A stretch of DNA of 64,000 nucleotides from Octopus bimaculoides (taxonomy: Eukaryota): NCBI RefSeq assembly GCF_001194135.2, contig NC_068989.1, positions 16,786,753-16,850,752 of the forward strand, in the 5' to 3' direction. Below, in pieces: positions 1 through 12,904 of the stretch. Both the position numbers and the translations under genes were made by a program. The notes below the pieces were generated by a model that saw nothing but the letters and a program-made list of their open reading frames with translations, searched no databases and was not told the DNA's origin. Position 1 is the stretch's first letter, and each line of letters begins with the position of its first letter.

Positions 1-31
1 AATAAAGGCTGTATGATATAACATGGATATC

Positions 32-110
32 ATGAAAACCAAGTTCCCCCAAACTGTGATGGTATTTGAGTGTGTCTCCAGTGAGAGTGATGTTATGTCA
101 CCCCACATCT
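32..110 (+). mobile_element. Tc1/mariner (maT/DD37D-like) transposase fragment
   Basis: Translates MKTKFPQTVMVFECVSSESDVMSPHI, homologous to the TKFPA..V..VVSNEGHVMPP segment of the larger copy at 8.9-10 kb. Confidence 0.65.
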
Positions 111-1699
111 TATATATATATATAAAGCGAGAGAGATGATAGATAGGCTTCCTCACAGCTTTCTTCTACTCACAGATTATTTATTGGTCAATTGAAGGCT
201 CAAAGTGTTGTGCTGTAAGTGTTAAAGCTAGAACCATATGATTGTAAAATAAACTTCTTAACCATCGATATGTTAGTGTGAAGTAAGTACATAGATACAG
301 TTGAAAGTGATGAGTCACTGCTTTGCTTCATAGAGTTTCTTGTCATTTGTGTTCAGGTGAGAAAAGTAATTGCTTTCTTTTTATTTCATCTATGAATATT
401 TACTCTGTATGAAGTATTATGTAATTCTTGATGTAATCTTGCCAAACAGAACAAATAATATTGAAGGAACTTTCTGAAAATATTCTGTTTATGCAAATTG
501 AATATGTAAAATTAAATTGTTTCATGACTTGCAAATTATATCAGATATCAGCAAAATATCCCCAAAATTTTAATTACAAAATTACTTTTTAATTAATGAC
601 TTAACCCCTTCTTATGCTCTAATAAAATGGATTAGGTACTGGATAATACACTTATTCTGCTCTAATGATTTTTCACATTAGCACAAGGTTATTCATTTGT
701 AGGGGTACAGTATAGTTGACGGAATCAAGCCCAGTACATATATTGATACTTGTTTTATAGACAAGAAGGTGGTGGTGGAGGGAGCAGGTGGCAGACAAAT
801 CCTGATGTAATTTGAACTTGATATGTAGCGGGATAAAACAAAATGTCGTGTGTTCTCCATTTCTGTGCTCCACCTTCTGCTATGATACTTTTGAAATATG
901 GAGGAAATAATTCTCTATTTCACAACTACAAAGACTTGTTGTTTTCTAAAATTTCAGTGTTTTACAAGAAATTAATTATTTACTATTAATAATTATTTAT
1001 GAAATTTGTTGTTTATTTATTTATTTGTTTTGCTTCATTTCTGCTTGAAGGTGGAGTTTCTTTTCAAACACTGAAAGAATTTAACAGCAACTTCACTATA
1101 TAAACGTTGTAGAATTTTCTTTTTCTTTATTGAATGATATAAAGAAATATGTTATTAAATTTTATCTTTTCATTATTGCATTTTTTTAAAAATTACAGTT
1201 TTTCTGCAGATAAATATTTATACAAACTTAATTACTTCAGAATTTTCAATTAATATCATTTTTACTTATATATTCTTATTTCTGCAACTTAGTTTTTTTT
1301 CTTGTGATATGACAGTTTTTCTACAGCAATCATTTCATACTCACTCACAAAACCACATGACATAATCCCTGTCCCACTTTGTGAATATCATGTCCTGATA
1401 TAAATCTTGCTTGAAGCACTTTGCCAGTATAAATACCTGAACTCGAATAGCTATTGCACAATCTCAAAACTACTGAAGTTAGAAAAATCAGACTATTGTG
1501 TTGTTACTGTACTAAGTCCAACATTTCAAATTCTGCATTTCTATTTAGGTGAAGATATAGATGACATAAAAAAATAGTGTCTGATAGATACTATTCATTA
1601 GTTTCTGACTAGAACACAAGGGCAGCAATTTTAAGGGAGCTATCTCTCCTCAGAATACATTAGAGATTTATGTGTGTGTGTATATATATATATATATTT

Positions 1700-1982
1700 A
1701 TTGTCATCAGTTAATGCCCCATTTTCCATACTGGCATTGGCTGGCTCAATATGAACTGACAAGTCAGAGGACTGCTGAGCTCCAATGTCTGTTTTAGTAT
1801 GGTTTCTAGTTGGATGCCTTTCCTAATGCCAACCACTTCACAGAGAGTACTAGGTGATTTTCATGGAAGTAGCACTGTTGGGGTCATCATGCATCTTGAA
1901 AAACAAGGTCCCTCAGCTGAGTGGGATATAGTTCTGAAGTTTATGAAAGGATGATAGAAAGATAAGGAGCAAGTGTCTTAGT
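1700..1982 (-). mobile_element. RTE-tailed retroposon (family D), degenerate 3' part
   Basis: Contains ggatgccttTcctaatgccaaccact, shared with copies at 19.3, 37.7, 41.9 and 57.3 kb; 1880-1930 matches the reverse complement of 57240-57300. Confidence 0.65.
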
Positions 1983-2059
1983 GAAGAGGTGAATACATGG
2001 CTTCCGTATATGTATTTGTGTGTATATATGCATATCCATAGAACAATTTTGAAGGAGAG

Positions 2060-2465
2060 TTGAAAACATTGATCCCAGTACTTGACTGGTACTCAGTTTT
2101 ATCAACACCGGAGAGATGAAAAACAAAAATTTTACCGTAGCATAATTTGAACCCAGAAAGTAAATAACCCAAATAAACACTACCAGACATTGGAATAAGA
2201 ATTGAGGTCAATGTAACTGACTGTACTTTACAAGGCAAATCTCCAGATTGACATAATCCATTGACTGAATCCAGCAAATGAATTTGAAAAATATGCATGA
2301 GGCTTTAAATTTTGGGGAAAGTATATTATTGATTAAAGTTAATCCTTAGTACTTGAGTGATTCTTATTTTATTAACTATGGAAGTATGAAAATTAGAGTT
2401 GACTGTGGTGAGATCTAAACTGAAAATATGGGGTAACATTGCTAATTACCATAAGCCATTTCGAC
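2060..2465 (-). mobile_element. Two degenerate Nin/Deu-domain-like SINE fragments (family E)
   Basis: cccagtacttgactggtact..ttttatcaac..gatgaaa motif at 2070-2120, and a more decayed copy at 2325-2465. Confidence 0.55.
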
Positions 2466-2999
2466 CATTGTTTTTATAGAGGACATAATAACAAAAGAAA
2501 TATATGAATAATATACAAATAATGCCTAAAATTCACTGTAGATAATAATGAGGGGTGTATATTCTAGGTGTGTTACAGGATCACTGCACACCCATAAAAA
2601 ATAGTAAATTTTCTTTATATTAATCCCGTTATTGTAGTATTATGATATCATCTCATAATTTGCTTCCAAATACAGTAGCACATACCCAGAAAGAAAGACT
2701 AAGTATGGTAGTATTACAATAGAAATTAGTCTAAACCTATTTGTAATGGTTATGCCACAATAGTAAGTTCAACATATATTTCTATAAAAAAAAAATCTAA
2801 TGGTATCAATGGTTTATCAGAAAATTATGAGAGATTAAGTATGGATGCAAACATTTAAGCTATAAACTAGATTGTGCCATTAGCTATTTCTTAGTCTATT
2901 TTTATGCTTGGAAATATTAGCATGGGTTGTTTACTGTATTTTATCTTAAAAGTGTTATTATAGAGTGATTTCTTATGATAACACTTTCTATTACATACA

Positions 3000-3145
3000 C
3001 AAGGTCTGGTACATATTTTATCAACCCCAAAAAGATGAATGGCAAAGTTACCTCAGTGGAGTTTGAACTTAGAACGTAAAGATGGATGAATTGCTGCTAA
3101 GTATTTTGTTTGACATGCTAACTATTCTGCCAGCTCACAACCTTA
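3000..3145 (-). mobile_element. SINE family E (tRNA head plus Nin/Deu-like central domain)
   Basis: Reverse complement of the 18755 copy: ttttatcaacccc..gatgaatggcaaagtt..tttgaacttagaacgtaaag..ttctgccagctc. Confidence 0.75.
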
Positions 3146-4789
3146 CCCTTTGTTATGATGATGAGAAGTATTAATGAATATAGCCTCATTTGATGGTGAG
3201 GAGGACATACATCTATTGATGTTGGGTATTACATTTTTTAAAATAGTAAGCATGGGGATCCTTACCTAAACCTATTTAGCTCATAGCCATTGATGTTATG
3301 TATGATTATTAGACCACCATCTCTGTATAAACCACCATGTCAGGTAGAAAATCTTTTATCCAAACTGTCCAAAATACAAATTCCAATAATTTCACATAAG
3401 GCAGCTCTTTATAAGATCATATGGAAACATAAAAGAATTCAGCTCGATTTTTTTAAACCTTAGATAAATTATCAAAAATAAGAAGATTTTTTTGCAAACA
3501 ATGATCTCAATATCAGATTCCTAAATTGGTATCATGCTGTTGGTAGAACGTAATGCAATCAGAAGTAGGATATCAGTTATGAAAGAATAGTATTCTATAA
3601 TATCAAATGTGTGAATTTTTGATGTTCGTCTAAACTATTCATTTCGAATTTACAAATGTTTTTTTTTATTCTAAATATAAAATAATCTGGAATGCATTCT
3701 GCTGACTCAGTTTTATATATATTTATTTATGGTGTCAGGTGCTGTCAAAAGCAAGTCACATTAGATTTTATATTTCTTATGCAATCTCTGATGATTTAAT
3801 GACATAATCTGTTGTTCTCTTATTCCACATAGAGATTTGTTGATAGGAGAAACTGACAACACAATCTGATGTACCATACAAGAAATTGCTGAAGAAAACA
3901 GACACACTGACACACACAAGCACACATTTACACATACAGAGTATAAAGGCATATCACACACACACACACACACACACAACAGCCTTCTTTCAGTTTTCAT
4001 CTGCCTAACCCACTCACAAAGCATACACAGCATTTATATGTGTGCGTGAATGTATGTTTGTGTATGCTAGGGCATAGTGTAAATAACTCATTATATGGAA
4101 ATAAATGTCTAGAAATTGATTTACTCAAGCAGTCTCAGAAACCCTCTAATACTAATAGTCTTACTCACTGGCCCTTTTTGATTAGGTTATAACATATACA
4201 TTCATACACACAAGCAAAATGTCATATATTTGATATTTTTCAATTAGAGTTCCTCTTGAATTTCTTTCTTTTTGCTTATAATTCCTGCATACTTTTATAA
4301 TGTTGAATCATATAATTATCATAGTTGTCGAACTGAAAATTATAGACTTGAATATATGAAATATGCCCAGTATAGACCTGGGAAGACCATAATTCAAGTG
4401 AAGAAGACCATATTTCAGTACATGAGTGGGGTAAAATAGATGTGTTTATTAGTAGCAAAAAGCCTTAGGGAGAGCTCATCTTTTTCATGGGTCCAGTGTT
4501 AAATTTAAATAACTTTTCATTTTGATACATTACTTACTTAGATAAGTTTTGGCCGAAGTTGGCCCACGCCATGTCTAATTTAATAGCATGACTTGGAAGA
4601 GACACACAGTCAACTCTTGGGTACCATAGCCCAATAGAGCAGAGAATTATTGTTTTCAGAGACATATCTGGGTGTGGGTGGTTTGTCTAGTATTCATTGG
4701 AGGTAATCATCTAGGGACCCAGTCATTGAATTTTAAGGGAGTAGTGTAGTCAATTGAACCAACACAAATAAAATAGTTGACCTAATCCA

Positions 4790-5230
4790 CCTCCTGTTTT
4801 GACATCAACACCTGGCCCTTAGACTAACTTTTGAGAAGTCTTTTCTCTTCCAAGCATTCTGTCTCAAATCTAAAGAGATGAGGTGCTTTCTAACACAAGC
4901 AACCAATGGTCATCCCTGTATAACCACTGTATCTGCTAGAGATAGAAGCCAAGTCTACCTCCCATAAATCACATTCTGGTAGCTTAGGAACAGATAATGA
5001 TGTTTTTGGCATATAAACTAGACTTTGATATGCAGGTTAGCCCACAAAATGTAACCTCTTTTATATAGTCTGACTTTTTCTGACATGATGGTTGATCTAA
5101 ATGTTGATTTATATGACACAAATTTACAGTATTTTTATCCACTTGAGAAAGACAGGATGGTCATGGCTTGGATGTCTTTGATCATAGCCCTACTCAATTG
5201 ATGCTGACCAAGGGCTAAAAACAATAGCCA
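4790..5230 (+). mobile_element. Old SINE-like repeat (family G) ending ctgaccaagggctaaaaacaa
   Basis: 3' block gacaggatggtca..tttgatcatag..gggctaaaaacaa recurs at 11985-12062 (-), 60110-60180 (-) and 61330-61398 (+). Confidence 0.5.
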
Positions 5231-5320
5231 CCCATGAGTCATGGTTTATTTCACCTTTACCTCCCTACCATTTTCCCCATGAGATTCAAAGGTTCTGGAA
5301 TGTTCATGAACTTCTCCTTC

Positions 5321-5395
5321 TCCTCTTCCCTCTCCTCCTCCTCCCCCTCCGCCTCACCACCACCGCCGCCGCCGCCACCACCACCACCACCACCA

Positions 5396-5441
<46 letters not shown>
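5321..5441. repeat. Compound trinucleotide microsatellite (CTC)n-(CCG/CCA)n-(CTA)n
   Basis: Directly visible; explains the poly-Pro/Leu/Gly/Ser ORFs. Confidence 0.95.
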
Positions 5442-5445
<4 letters not shown>

Positions 5446-6106
5446 CTCCACTCCCCTGACTAAGAGTTATAACAACAAAATTCTCAGAGAGAATAAAAGG
5501 CAAAGTTGACATCAGTAGGATTTTGAAATTAGAGCATTAAGTGTTGTGACAGGAATGCTGTTAGTCATTCAATCTGACAACCATTTCTGCAGCCATTGTA
5601 ATACTTACTACTAACCTATACATCTATTGATAAAGCTTTGTAAACAAACAATTATGAGATAACTAAGATATATATTTGATAGTTAAATTACTGCTAATAT
5701 ATGTTATATTGAAATATGCTAACACTAATTTTTAAAATATGTAGAATATTTTTTAATTTCTTAAAATGTTTATAATGATAACACTAATTTTAATTAAAAA
5801 TATGCATACAACTGGAGGTAAAAGACAACATTAGCCCAATGATTAATATCATTTTAGTCATTTTTAGGAAGTACAATAAACTTTTACATGTCTTATTAAG
5901 TCTCCTCAGTAAAGTGTAAACTTCACCATATTTATCAAAGTAGTGATAAGAAGATCTCATCACCGATTTAGTTAGAAAGTTTACTTAAATTCAACTGCAA
6001 TATGAAACACAAATTAGATGTCAAATGTATTTAATTCTTGAATATGAGACTGTGAAGGTCTGGAAATGTCAAGTATGAATTTAGGAACTTTATTGTTTCA
6101 AATCAA

Positions 6107-6503
6107 CTCTTTTTACTTGTTTCAGTCATTTGACTGTGGCCATGCTGGAGCACTGCCTTTAGTCGAGCAAATTGACCCCAGGACTTATTCTTTGGAAGCC
6201 TAGTACTTATTCTATCGGTCTCTTTTGCTGAACCACTAAGTTACGGGGACATAAACACACCAGCATCAGTTGTCAAGCAATGTTGGGGGGACGGGGACAA
6301 ACACAGACACACATATATATATACACATACATATATTCGATGGGCTTCCTACAGTTTCCGTCTACCAAATCCACTCATAAGGCTTTGGTCGGCCCGAGGT
6401 TATAGTAGAAGACACTTGCCCAAGGTGCCATGCAGTGGGACTGAACCCAGAACCATGTGGTTGGTAAGCAAGCTACTTACCACACAGCCACTCCGGCGCC
6501 TAT
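6107..6503 (-). mobile_element. tRNA-derived CORE-like SINE (family B), full length
   Basis: tRNA-like head aggcgc.ggagtggctgtgtggtaag..gttcagtccc, core ccttgggcaagtgtc, central (CA/TA)n and 3' gactgaaacaagtaaaag; more than 10 copies in the window. Confidence 0.9.
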
Positions 6504-6859
6504 ATATAAAAAAAAAAATTTTTAACTGATAAGAAAATATGCAAAAATCTAAAATAGAAAAGTTAAAATTTGAGCACAGTCATGTATTTAAATGAAATAT
6601 GTGTGTGCATGTATGTGTGTGTATGTATGTATGTATTTGTGTATGTATGTATGTATGTATATATGCTAATATTGAACAGTGAGAATGGGTACTCAGCACC
6701 ACATTGGTGAATAAATATTCTTTATTTGTGGATTAACAAAGCAACCACTGGTTTCATGCCAAGATAAAATTTCTTAGCAATTATCAAGCCTGCCACAGGA
6801 GATGTTATTCTGTATAAGTAGGTGTGTGGAAAGAAGATGTATGATGGATATATAACATG

Positions 6860-6890
6860 TATGATGTATATGTGTATGTGTGTATGTGTG

Positions 6891-6960
<70 letters not shown>

Positions 6961-7005
6961 TATATATATATGTATATATAACATTCACATACACATATAC
7001 ATGTA
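6860..7005. repeat. (TG)n/(TA)n/(CA)n microsatellite
   Basis: Directly visible. Confidence 0.95.
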
Positions 7006-7254
7006 TGTTCTATATCTCTTTTCAATTTAGAGTTAATTTTAACTGGTCACCTGCTCGGTAACAAGGTTGTAAAGGAAAGCAGCTTGTTTTGTTTATCATC
7101 CTTCAAATCTTAAGGTCTTGTAGCCTTTTGTAGTCCCAGATATCATGATCATTTGTAGTGTATGAATTAAGAAGCCAAGTTTAGCCATGCTTTGCTCCGG
7201 ATGGGTTGGTACATATATACTGTTGCTCCAGTAATAATAGGTGTGTAATGTACA

Positions 7255-7311
7255 TGTGTGTGTGTGTGAGAAAGAGAGAATGAGAGAGAGAGAGAAAGAG
7301 AGAGAGAGAAG

Positions 7312-7344
<33 letters not shown>

Positions 7345-7381
7345 TGAAAGAGAGAGAGAAAGAGAGAGGGAGACAGAGAGA

Positions 7382-7429
<48 letters not shown>

Positions 7430-7478
7430 GAGAGAGAGACAAAGAGAGAGAGAGAGACAGAGAGTGTGTGTGTGTGTC
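7255..7478. repeat. (GA)n microsatellite flanked by (TG)n
   Basis: Directly visible. Confidence 0.95.
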
Positions 7479-7640
7479 AGTATCATTGTTGAAATTCCTG
7501 GTGAACTTTATACCCTGTAGTACTTCAGTTTTTAAGTTTAGTGGTATGATACAATGTTACCTGAAAAACAAGTATGGGTTAGTTACATAATGTGTATATG
7601 CCTAAAAAAATACTGCTTCAAATAAATATTCAGCCACCTT

Positions 7641-8447
7641 TGTTGTTGTTGGCACTCCGTCGCTTACGACGTTGAGGGTTTCAGTTGATCCGATCAACGG
7701 AACAGCCTGCTCGTGAAATTAACGTGCAAGTGGCTGAGCGCTCCACAGACACGTGTACCCTTAATGTAGTTCTCGGGGATATTCAGCGTGACTAATCTAT
7801 TTTTTGTTGAGGAATGCCATGTTTGAAACAATTTTTTGTTGAGATATGTCACGGTTATTGAATATATTTTTTAGTAGATAATAAACGCCATTACTGGAAT
7901 AAGCGTGAAATTGAATTTNNNNNNNNNNNNNNNNNNNNNNNNNNNNNNNNNNNNNNNNNNNNNNNNNNNNNNNNNNNNNNNNNNNNNNNNNNNNNNNNNN
8001 NNNNNNNNNNNNNNNNNNNNNNNNNNNNNNNNNNNNNNNNNNNNNNNNNNNNNNNNNNNNNNNNNNNNNNNNNNNNNNNNNNNNNNNNNNNNNNNNNNNN
8101 NNNNNNNNNNNNNNNNNNNNNNNNNNNNNNNNNNNNNNNNNNNNNNNNNNNNNNNNNNNNNNNNNNNNNNNNNNNNNNNNNNNNNNNNNNNNNNNNNNNN
8201 NNNNNNNNNNNNNNNNNNNNNNNNNNNNNNNNNNNNNNNNNNNNNNNNNNNNNNNNNNNNNNNNNNNNNNNNNNNNNNNNNNNNNNNNAACAGTACAGCA
8301 GGGTTCGCCACCATCCCCTGCCGGAGCCTCATGGAGCTTTAGGTGTTTTTGCTCAATAAACACTCACAACACCCGATCTGGGAATCGAAACCACGATCCT
8401 ATGACCGCAAGTCCGCTGCCCTAACCACTGGGCCACTGTGCCTCCAC
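7641..8447 (-). mobile_element. tRNA-derived SINE (family A), interrupted by repeat X and an N gap
   Basis: Head ggaggc.ca.tggcccagtggttagggcagcggact..ggtttcgattccc (A and B boxes), (CAA)n tail, 11-bp TSD tcagccacctt at 7630-7640 and 8448-8458. Confidence 0.9.
7792..7918. repeat. Unclassified interspersed repeat X inserted in SINE A
   Basis: Near-identical to 22196-22580 once the MITE there is removed; runs into the N gap. Confidence 0.75.
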
Positions 8448-8863
8448 TCAGCCACCTTAAGACTAGCATAAACAGATATAAAATAAAAGACTAAAATAGA
8501 AAATTTCTATTTGTAAATAGTTTTCAAAATGACGACTGCCTTGTTATGGTGACAAATAATCTATCCTCTAGAGTACTGTTACTGAATGTCTCTCATTGAG
8601 AGATTTACAAATAGAAATTTTCTATTTCATTAGATCAGTGATTGTGTGTCACTTTGAAAATTATATATTTCAAACAAGAATTTAGCAGTTTTTTTTTTGT
8701 TTTTTATTGATAGTTTGCTATTGCCAAGGTTACGTGGGTTCATTCCACATGTTAGCGTCGGTTATTGTAATATATATATATATATATATAATGTTTAATA
8801 AAAGTGAACATATATTCATATTTCGAATTCTCTGTTTCCTATTTGCATCACCTAACCTATATA

Positions 8864-9985
8864 TACAGGGTGCATTAGATATTTGTGGACAGATTTATGT
8901 TTATAAAAAACAGACATATGATAACAGATAATAACTATATTTATCAAAAAATGCTATGAGGATAAAAATAAACCTTCTTTTCTATAATGTTATTCAATAA
9001 AGCCACCTTCAGCTTCAACAACTGCTTCTGTATGAGATCTAAATCATCTACATGCTCAAATCAAATGGTCCTGGTTCATTTTGGACATTACTCTGACTAT
9101 GGCAGCTTTCAAAGAATCTTTGGTGTTATGGGCGTGTTCATTGACCTCTCTCTCAACAGCGCACCCATATAATAGTTCAATGGATTGAGATCTGGAGAAT
9201 TAGGAGGCCAAATGTTAAGGGTTATGTGATCATGAAAATTTTCAGCCATCCATTCCTGTTACTAGAACCATGTGTGATAGTGCAGAGACTTACTGAAATA
9301 CATATGGCCTTCTATTGCATACACTGCCTATCCAGGGCTTAACAATTATTTCCAGGACTTCAACGTAGGCAGTAGAGTTAACTCTAAGGCCTTGGGGAAA
9401 AAGTAAGGAGGCATCACATGTCCTTCATTGCTGACAACTTCTAAAACCTCGAGAGCTGCAGGAAATTTTGTATACATAACACTTGTAACTTCAAAACGGT
9501 CTGTATATAACCGTCTGTCATTTCTTCTGTTAACTTTTTGATCTTGGTTGAAGTTTTCCTCATTTGAGTAAAACTAAATCAAATCTTCTGCTGCATTTTT
9601 CAGTTTGTTTGAGAGCCTTTTAGATCTGATGTAGTGATTTTCTTTTGCATTTTCTGACAAATTGACTTTTTCTCATCATATAAAACTTATATCTGATGTC
9701 TTCGTGGACAAAATTTCTGACTGTTCCTTCTGACATATGGAGATCTTTTGCAATTGACCTCATGAACTTTCTGGGATTGTAATCAATGGTCTGTTGAACT
9801 TGCTGGATAATTTCAGGTGTTCTGATGATTTCAGAACGTTTAGAATGCTCTTTATGCTTTGATACTGGTGATACATTTCCATCTTCAGTCTCTAACTCCT
9901 CACAAACTTTGTAGACAAAAGATGTGGCAACTTTAAAAAATCGAGATATTTCTAAATTGCTATGCTCAGCCTTTATAACCACAAT
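8864..9985 (-). mobile_element. Decayed Tc1/mariner (maT/DD37D-like) transposon
   Basis: ORF 9620-9982 resembles a transposase HTH region (..RSIAKDLHMSEGTVRNFVHEDIRYK..). Downstream frames give WPPNSPDLNPLNY..AVEREVN and end EAEGGFIE*. Probable TIR cagggtgcattagat at 8867 after TA. Confidence 0.85.
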
Positions 9986-10615
9986 AACAACATGCCTCTT
10001 AAGGGGTGGGCTGCAGTAATCCTAAAGAGGCCAGCCCAAGTCACCAGTCTAGCTACCGAACTCCAATGTCACGGCTATTCATTGGAGAGCGACCATCTGA
10101 GATTCACTGCCAATGTGTGGTCACCGACTAGAGGCTTCCAGCTTTCCAAACCTGCCTCCGGTGTCCACAACACCATTGACATTGAGCTTTTTGAGACAGA
10201 TTAGAAAGATGAAACCATTCACTGAGTAAATTGTTTGAGGTGGTCGTGGTTGCACGACAGCCATGTGCACACACTTGGCCAGGAACTTCTCCACTGCGGC
10301 TCAAGAATTGAGACATACATTCTTGATGAGGTTGGTTGCAGTGAGTTGCCAGAACCTATCTGCCTTTGTCACACCTGCCTGCCAGGTGTTGCCCTCTTCC
10401 GCCGGAGTCAATCCTTAGGGGCTTGAGATAGCCCTCCTCTACATGCTCTGCCGTTGGGGTCTTGATGTTGGTGTTTGGTCATGTTTAGTCTGGGACCTCA
10501 TCCTTGACCTTGCATCCATGGGTGGCCCTACCAGGAGTCTAGGACTCCTGACGGTATCGCTCTCGGAATCATTGGAACACACAAGCTCTTCCACCATGCC
10601 AAGGAATGAAGGAAA
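9986..10615 (-). mobile_element. RTE (Expander/Rex3-like) LINE 5' UTR fragment
   Basis: Minus strand reads gagcttgtgtgttccaatga..ctcctggtagggccacccatg..aggtc..cccagactaa, the pattern I recognise from RTE 5' UTRs; GC-rich against the background; truncates the mariner 5' end. Confidence 0.6.
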
Positions 10616-11159
10616 AAGAAAAAGACAAAGAATACAATAGAAGAAATGCATTCATGAATCGCTAAAGAAGTGGGTGTGGGTAATGCCATTATCCAAAGAA
10701 TGCCTTTATATATATTCTTTTAGGTTTACTTCAAACATATTTAGAACTTGTACAGTTCTGAAAATACTCAAATTAGGAAATGCAATAAAACTGTAATTAA
10801 TTGTTATCATATTTGATTCAGAGCTCATTAAAAAAAAGCTAATTAGAAATAATTGTGTGGTGAGAGAGAAAACAAAGGGGAAAAAATATAAACGAGATTT
10901 TAACCAACAGTGAATTGACAGGATTGGGAGAGTGATAGACCAGTCTCTTGAGTTATTTAGTTATGACCCTTCACATTCTGATTTTAAATACTGCCACAGC
11001 CTTGTCATTATGGGGTCAATAAAGCTAGTACCATTTGAGCACATATTTTACTCTCTCTCTCTCTCTCCCTCCCCCCCTCTCTCTCCTCTATCTGACTGCT
11101 CTCATCCTCCAAATTTCAGGTCTTGTGCTTAATCTAGAAATCAATTTTCGCATTTTTCA

Positions 11160-11505
11160 ACAATTTTGACCTTTGTAGGGGACACATTGCATGAAGGCCT
11201 AGTCTTGGGTGAATTGTAAACATAATACCGATATAGCACAGAACTTTGTCAGTGAACAGGTCACAGTCTCAAAGCGACGAAAATATTTTGACAAATTAAA
11301 TTTAAATGTTGAAGTGAATCTAATGGTTTTTGTGTGTTACTTTAAATGGCTTATAAACACCTTCCATGCTGCAATCATTTGGATAATATTGGTGGAATAT
11401 TTTCCACATGGTGTAAATAATATATTGCTCATGGCAGTATTGCAGAGAATAGAGTTTCAGCTGTTTAAGTCAAGCCCAATAATTAAGTCCCATCATGCCT
11501 TTGTT
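11160..11505 (-). mobile_element. CR1/L2-like LINE reverse-transcriptase C-terminal remnant
   Basis: Minus frame GMMGLNYWA*LKQLKLYSLQYCHEQYIIYTMWKIFHQYYPND, then FTIHPRLG after an intervening segment; resembles the CR1 Y..RL..L.LYSL..RR motif. Confidence 0.55.
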
Positions 11506-12512
11506 TCATGAGAAACTAGTTTGGCAACTGAAAGTATTTCATTTTTACAGATGTACCCATCATACTCTTTTTATTGCTTTCTTTTTTAAATTTTTTGTTG
11601 TGTCTTTTCCCATTTTTATTTCAAATAAGCCTGCCATTCCTCTTTGCCTCCATTTGGTTTTGATTGGCATAAGTGGATGGAGTGGTACTGCTATGAGGTG
11701 TTGGTTCCTGATACCTTAGTTCTCACTGTTGTTGTTACTGCTGTGAGCGACTCCTTTTATTGTCACTGGTTGTGATTGGAAGTGGAAGTTCTTGTTTCTT
11801 ATGGTTTGCTCCTGTCCATGAAGACAGGACAGTTTTATTTGCTGTCTCATTAGTGGTGTTTAGTCTCATCTTAGAACCACCAACCTTCACGATTTGTTCT
11901 TGTGTTGTTGCCATTTTTGTTCATTTAAGCTTTTTGTGCAGAGAGTCCTTAAATGACTTTTATTGGCACATGTGTAACAGCTGTAGTTGTCCGGCCCCAG
12001 GTCAGCACTGATTGGGTAAATCCATGATCATAGGTATCTCTGCTATGACCATCCTATCTTTCATTAAGGCTGGAAATAATTACAGGAGAAAATTCATGGA
12101 ATGTTTTCTTTTTCTATAGAACATTAGTGGATTGGAAATTCAGAGAATAGAGAGATAGTGTTTACATACAGAATTATAACTGTTTCCCTGTAATTCTACA
12201 AAGTGGGAATATCTTATAGGAGCCAATAATTTTAATTTTAGTGACAAACAACTTCACAAGCTGTTTTACAGTGTTTCATTTGTGGCGTAGACACTTCTTT
12301 TAAGCTGTTATCAATTTTAGTGATATTTCATCGTGTGTGTGAGTGTGTGGTGAAACAGACATTTGTTCATAAACACATACACCTTGACCATTGTCAACAA
12401 TTTAAAATGAATTTCACACATTCAAAAGCTTTAAGTGGATCCAAAGCTAAAGTGTCAAGAGGTTTTTGTGAAATTGTTTAATATACACCCCCATTGTTCA
12501 AATGAATTAGGA

Positions 12513-12904
12513 CTCTTTTATTTGTTTCAGTTATGTGACTGCAGCCATGCTAGAGCACCGCCTTTAGTCGAGCAAATCGACCCCAGGACTTATTCTTTGT
12601 AAGCCTAATACTTATTGTATCAGACTCTTTTTGCCGAACCGCTAAGTTACGGGGACATAAACACACCAGCATCGGTTGTCAAGCGATGTTGGGGGACAAA
12701 CACAGACACACAAACACATACACACATACATATATATACATATATACGACGGGCTTCTTTCAGTTTCCGTCTACCAAATCCACTCACAAGGCTTTGGTCA
12801 GCCCAAGGCTATAGTAGAAGACACTTGCCCAAGGTCCCACGCAGTGGGACTGAACCCAGAACCATGTGGTTGGTAAGCAAGCTACTTATCACACAGCCAC
12901 TCCT
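12513..12904 (-). mobile_element. SINE family B, near full length
   Basis: High identity to 6107-6503. Confidence 0.9.

Noticed and set aside
3761-3900. Coding exon after a ttttcttcag acceptor-like site
   Set aside because: No recognisable domain, no matching donor or partner exons, and the pyrimidine tract derives from a microsatellite.
5234-7492. ORFs rich in poly-P/L/G/S, YI, SL and ER
   Set aside because: They are translations of microsatellites.
11520-11900. Host exon or intact ORF on the minus strand
   Set aside because: Several in-frame stops and low complexity; possibly decayed LINE sequence next to the CR1 remnant, but not supportable.
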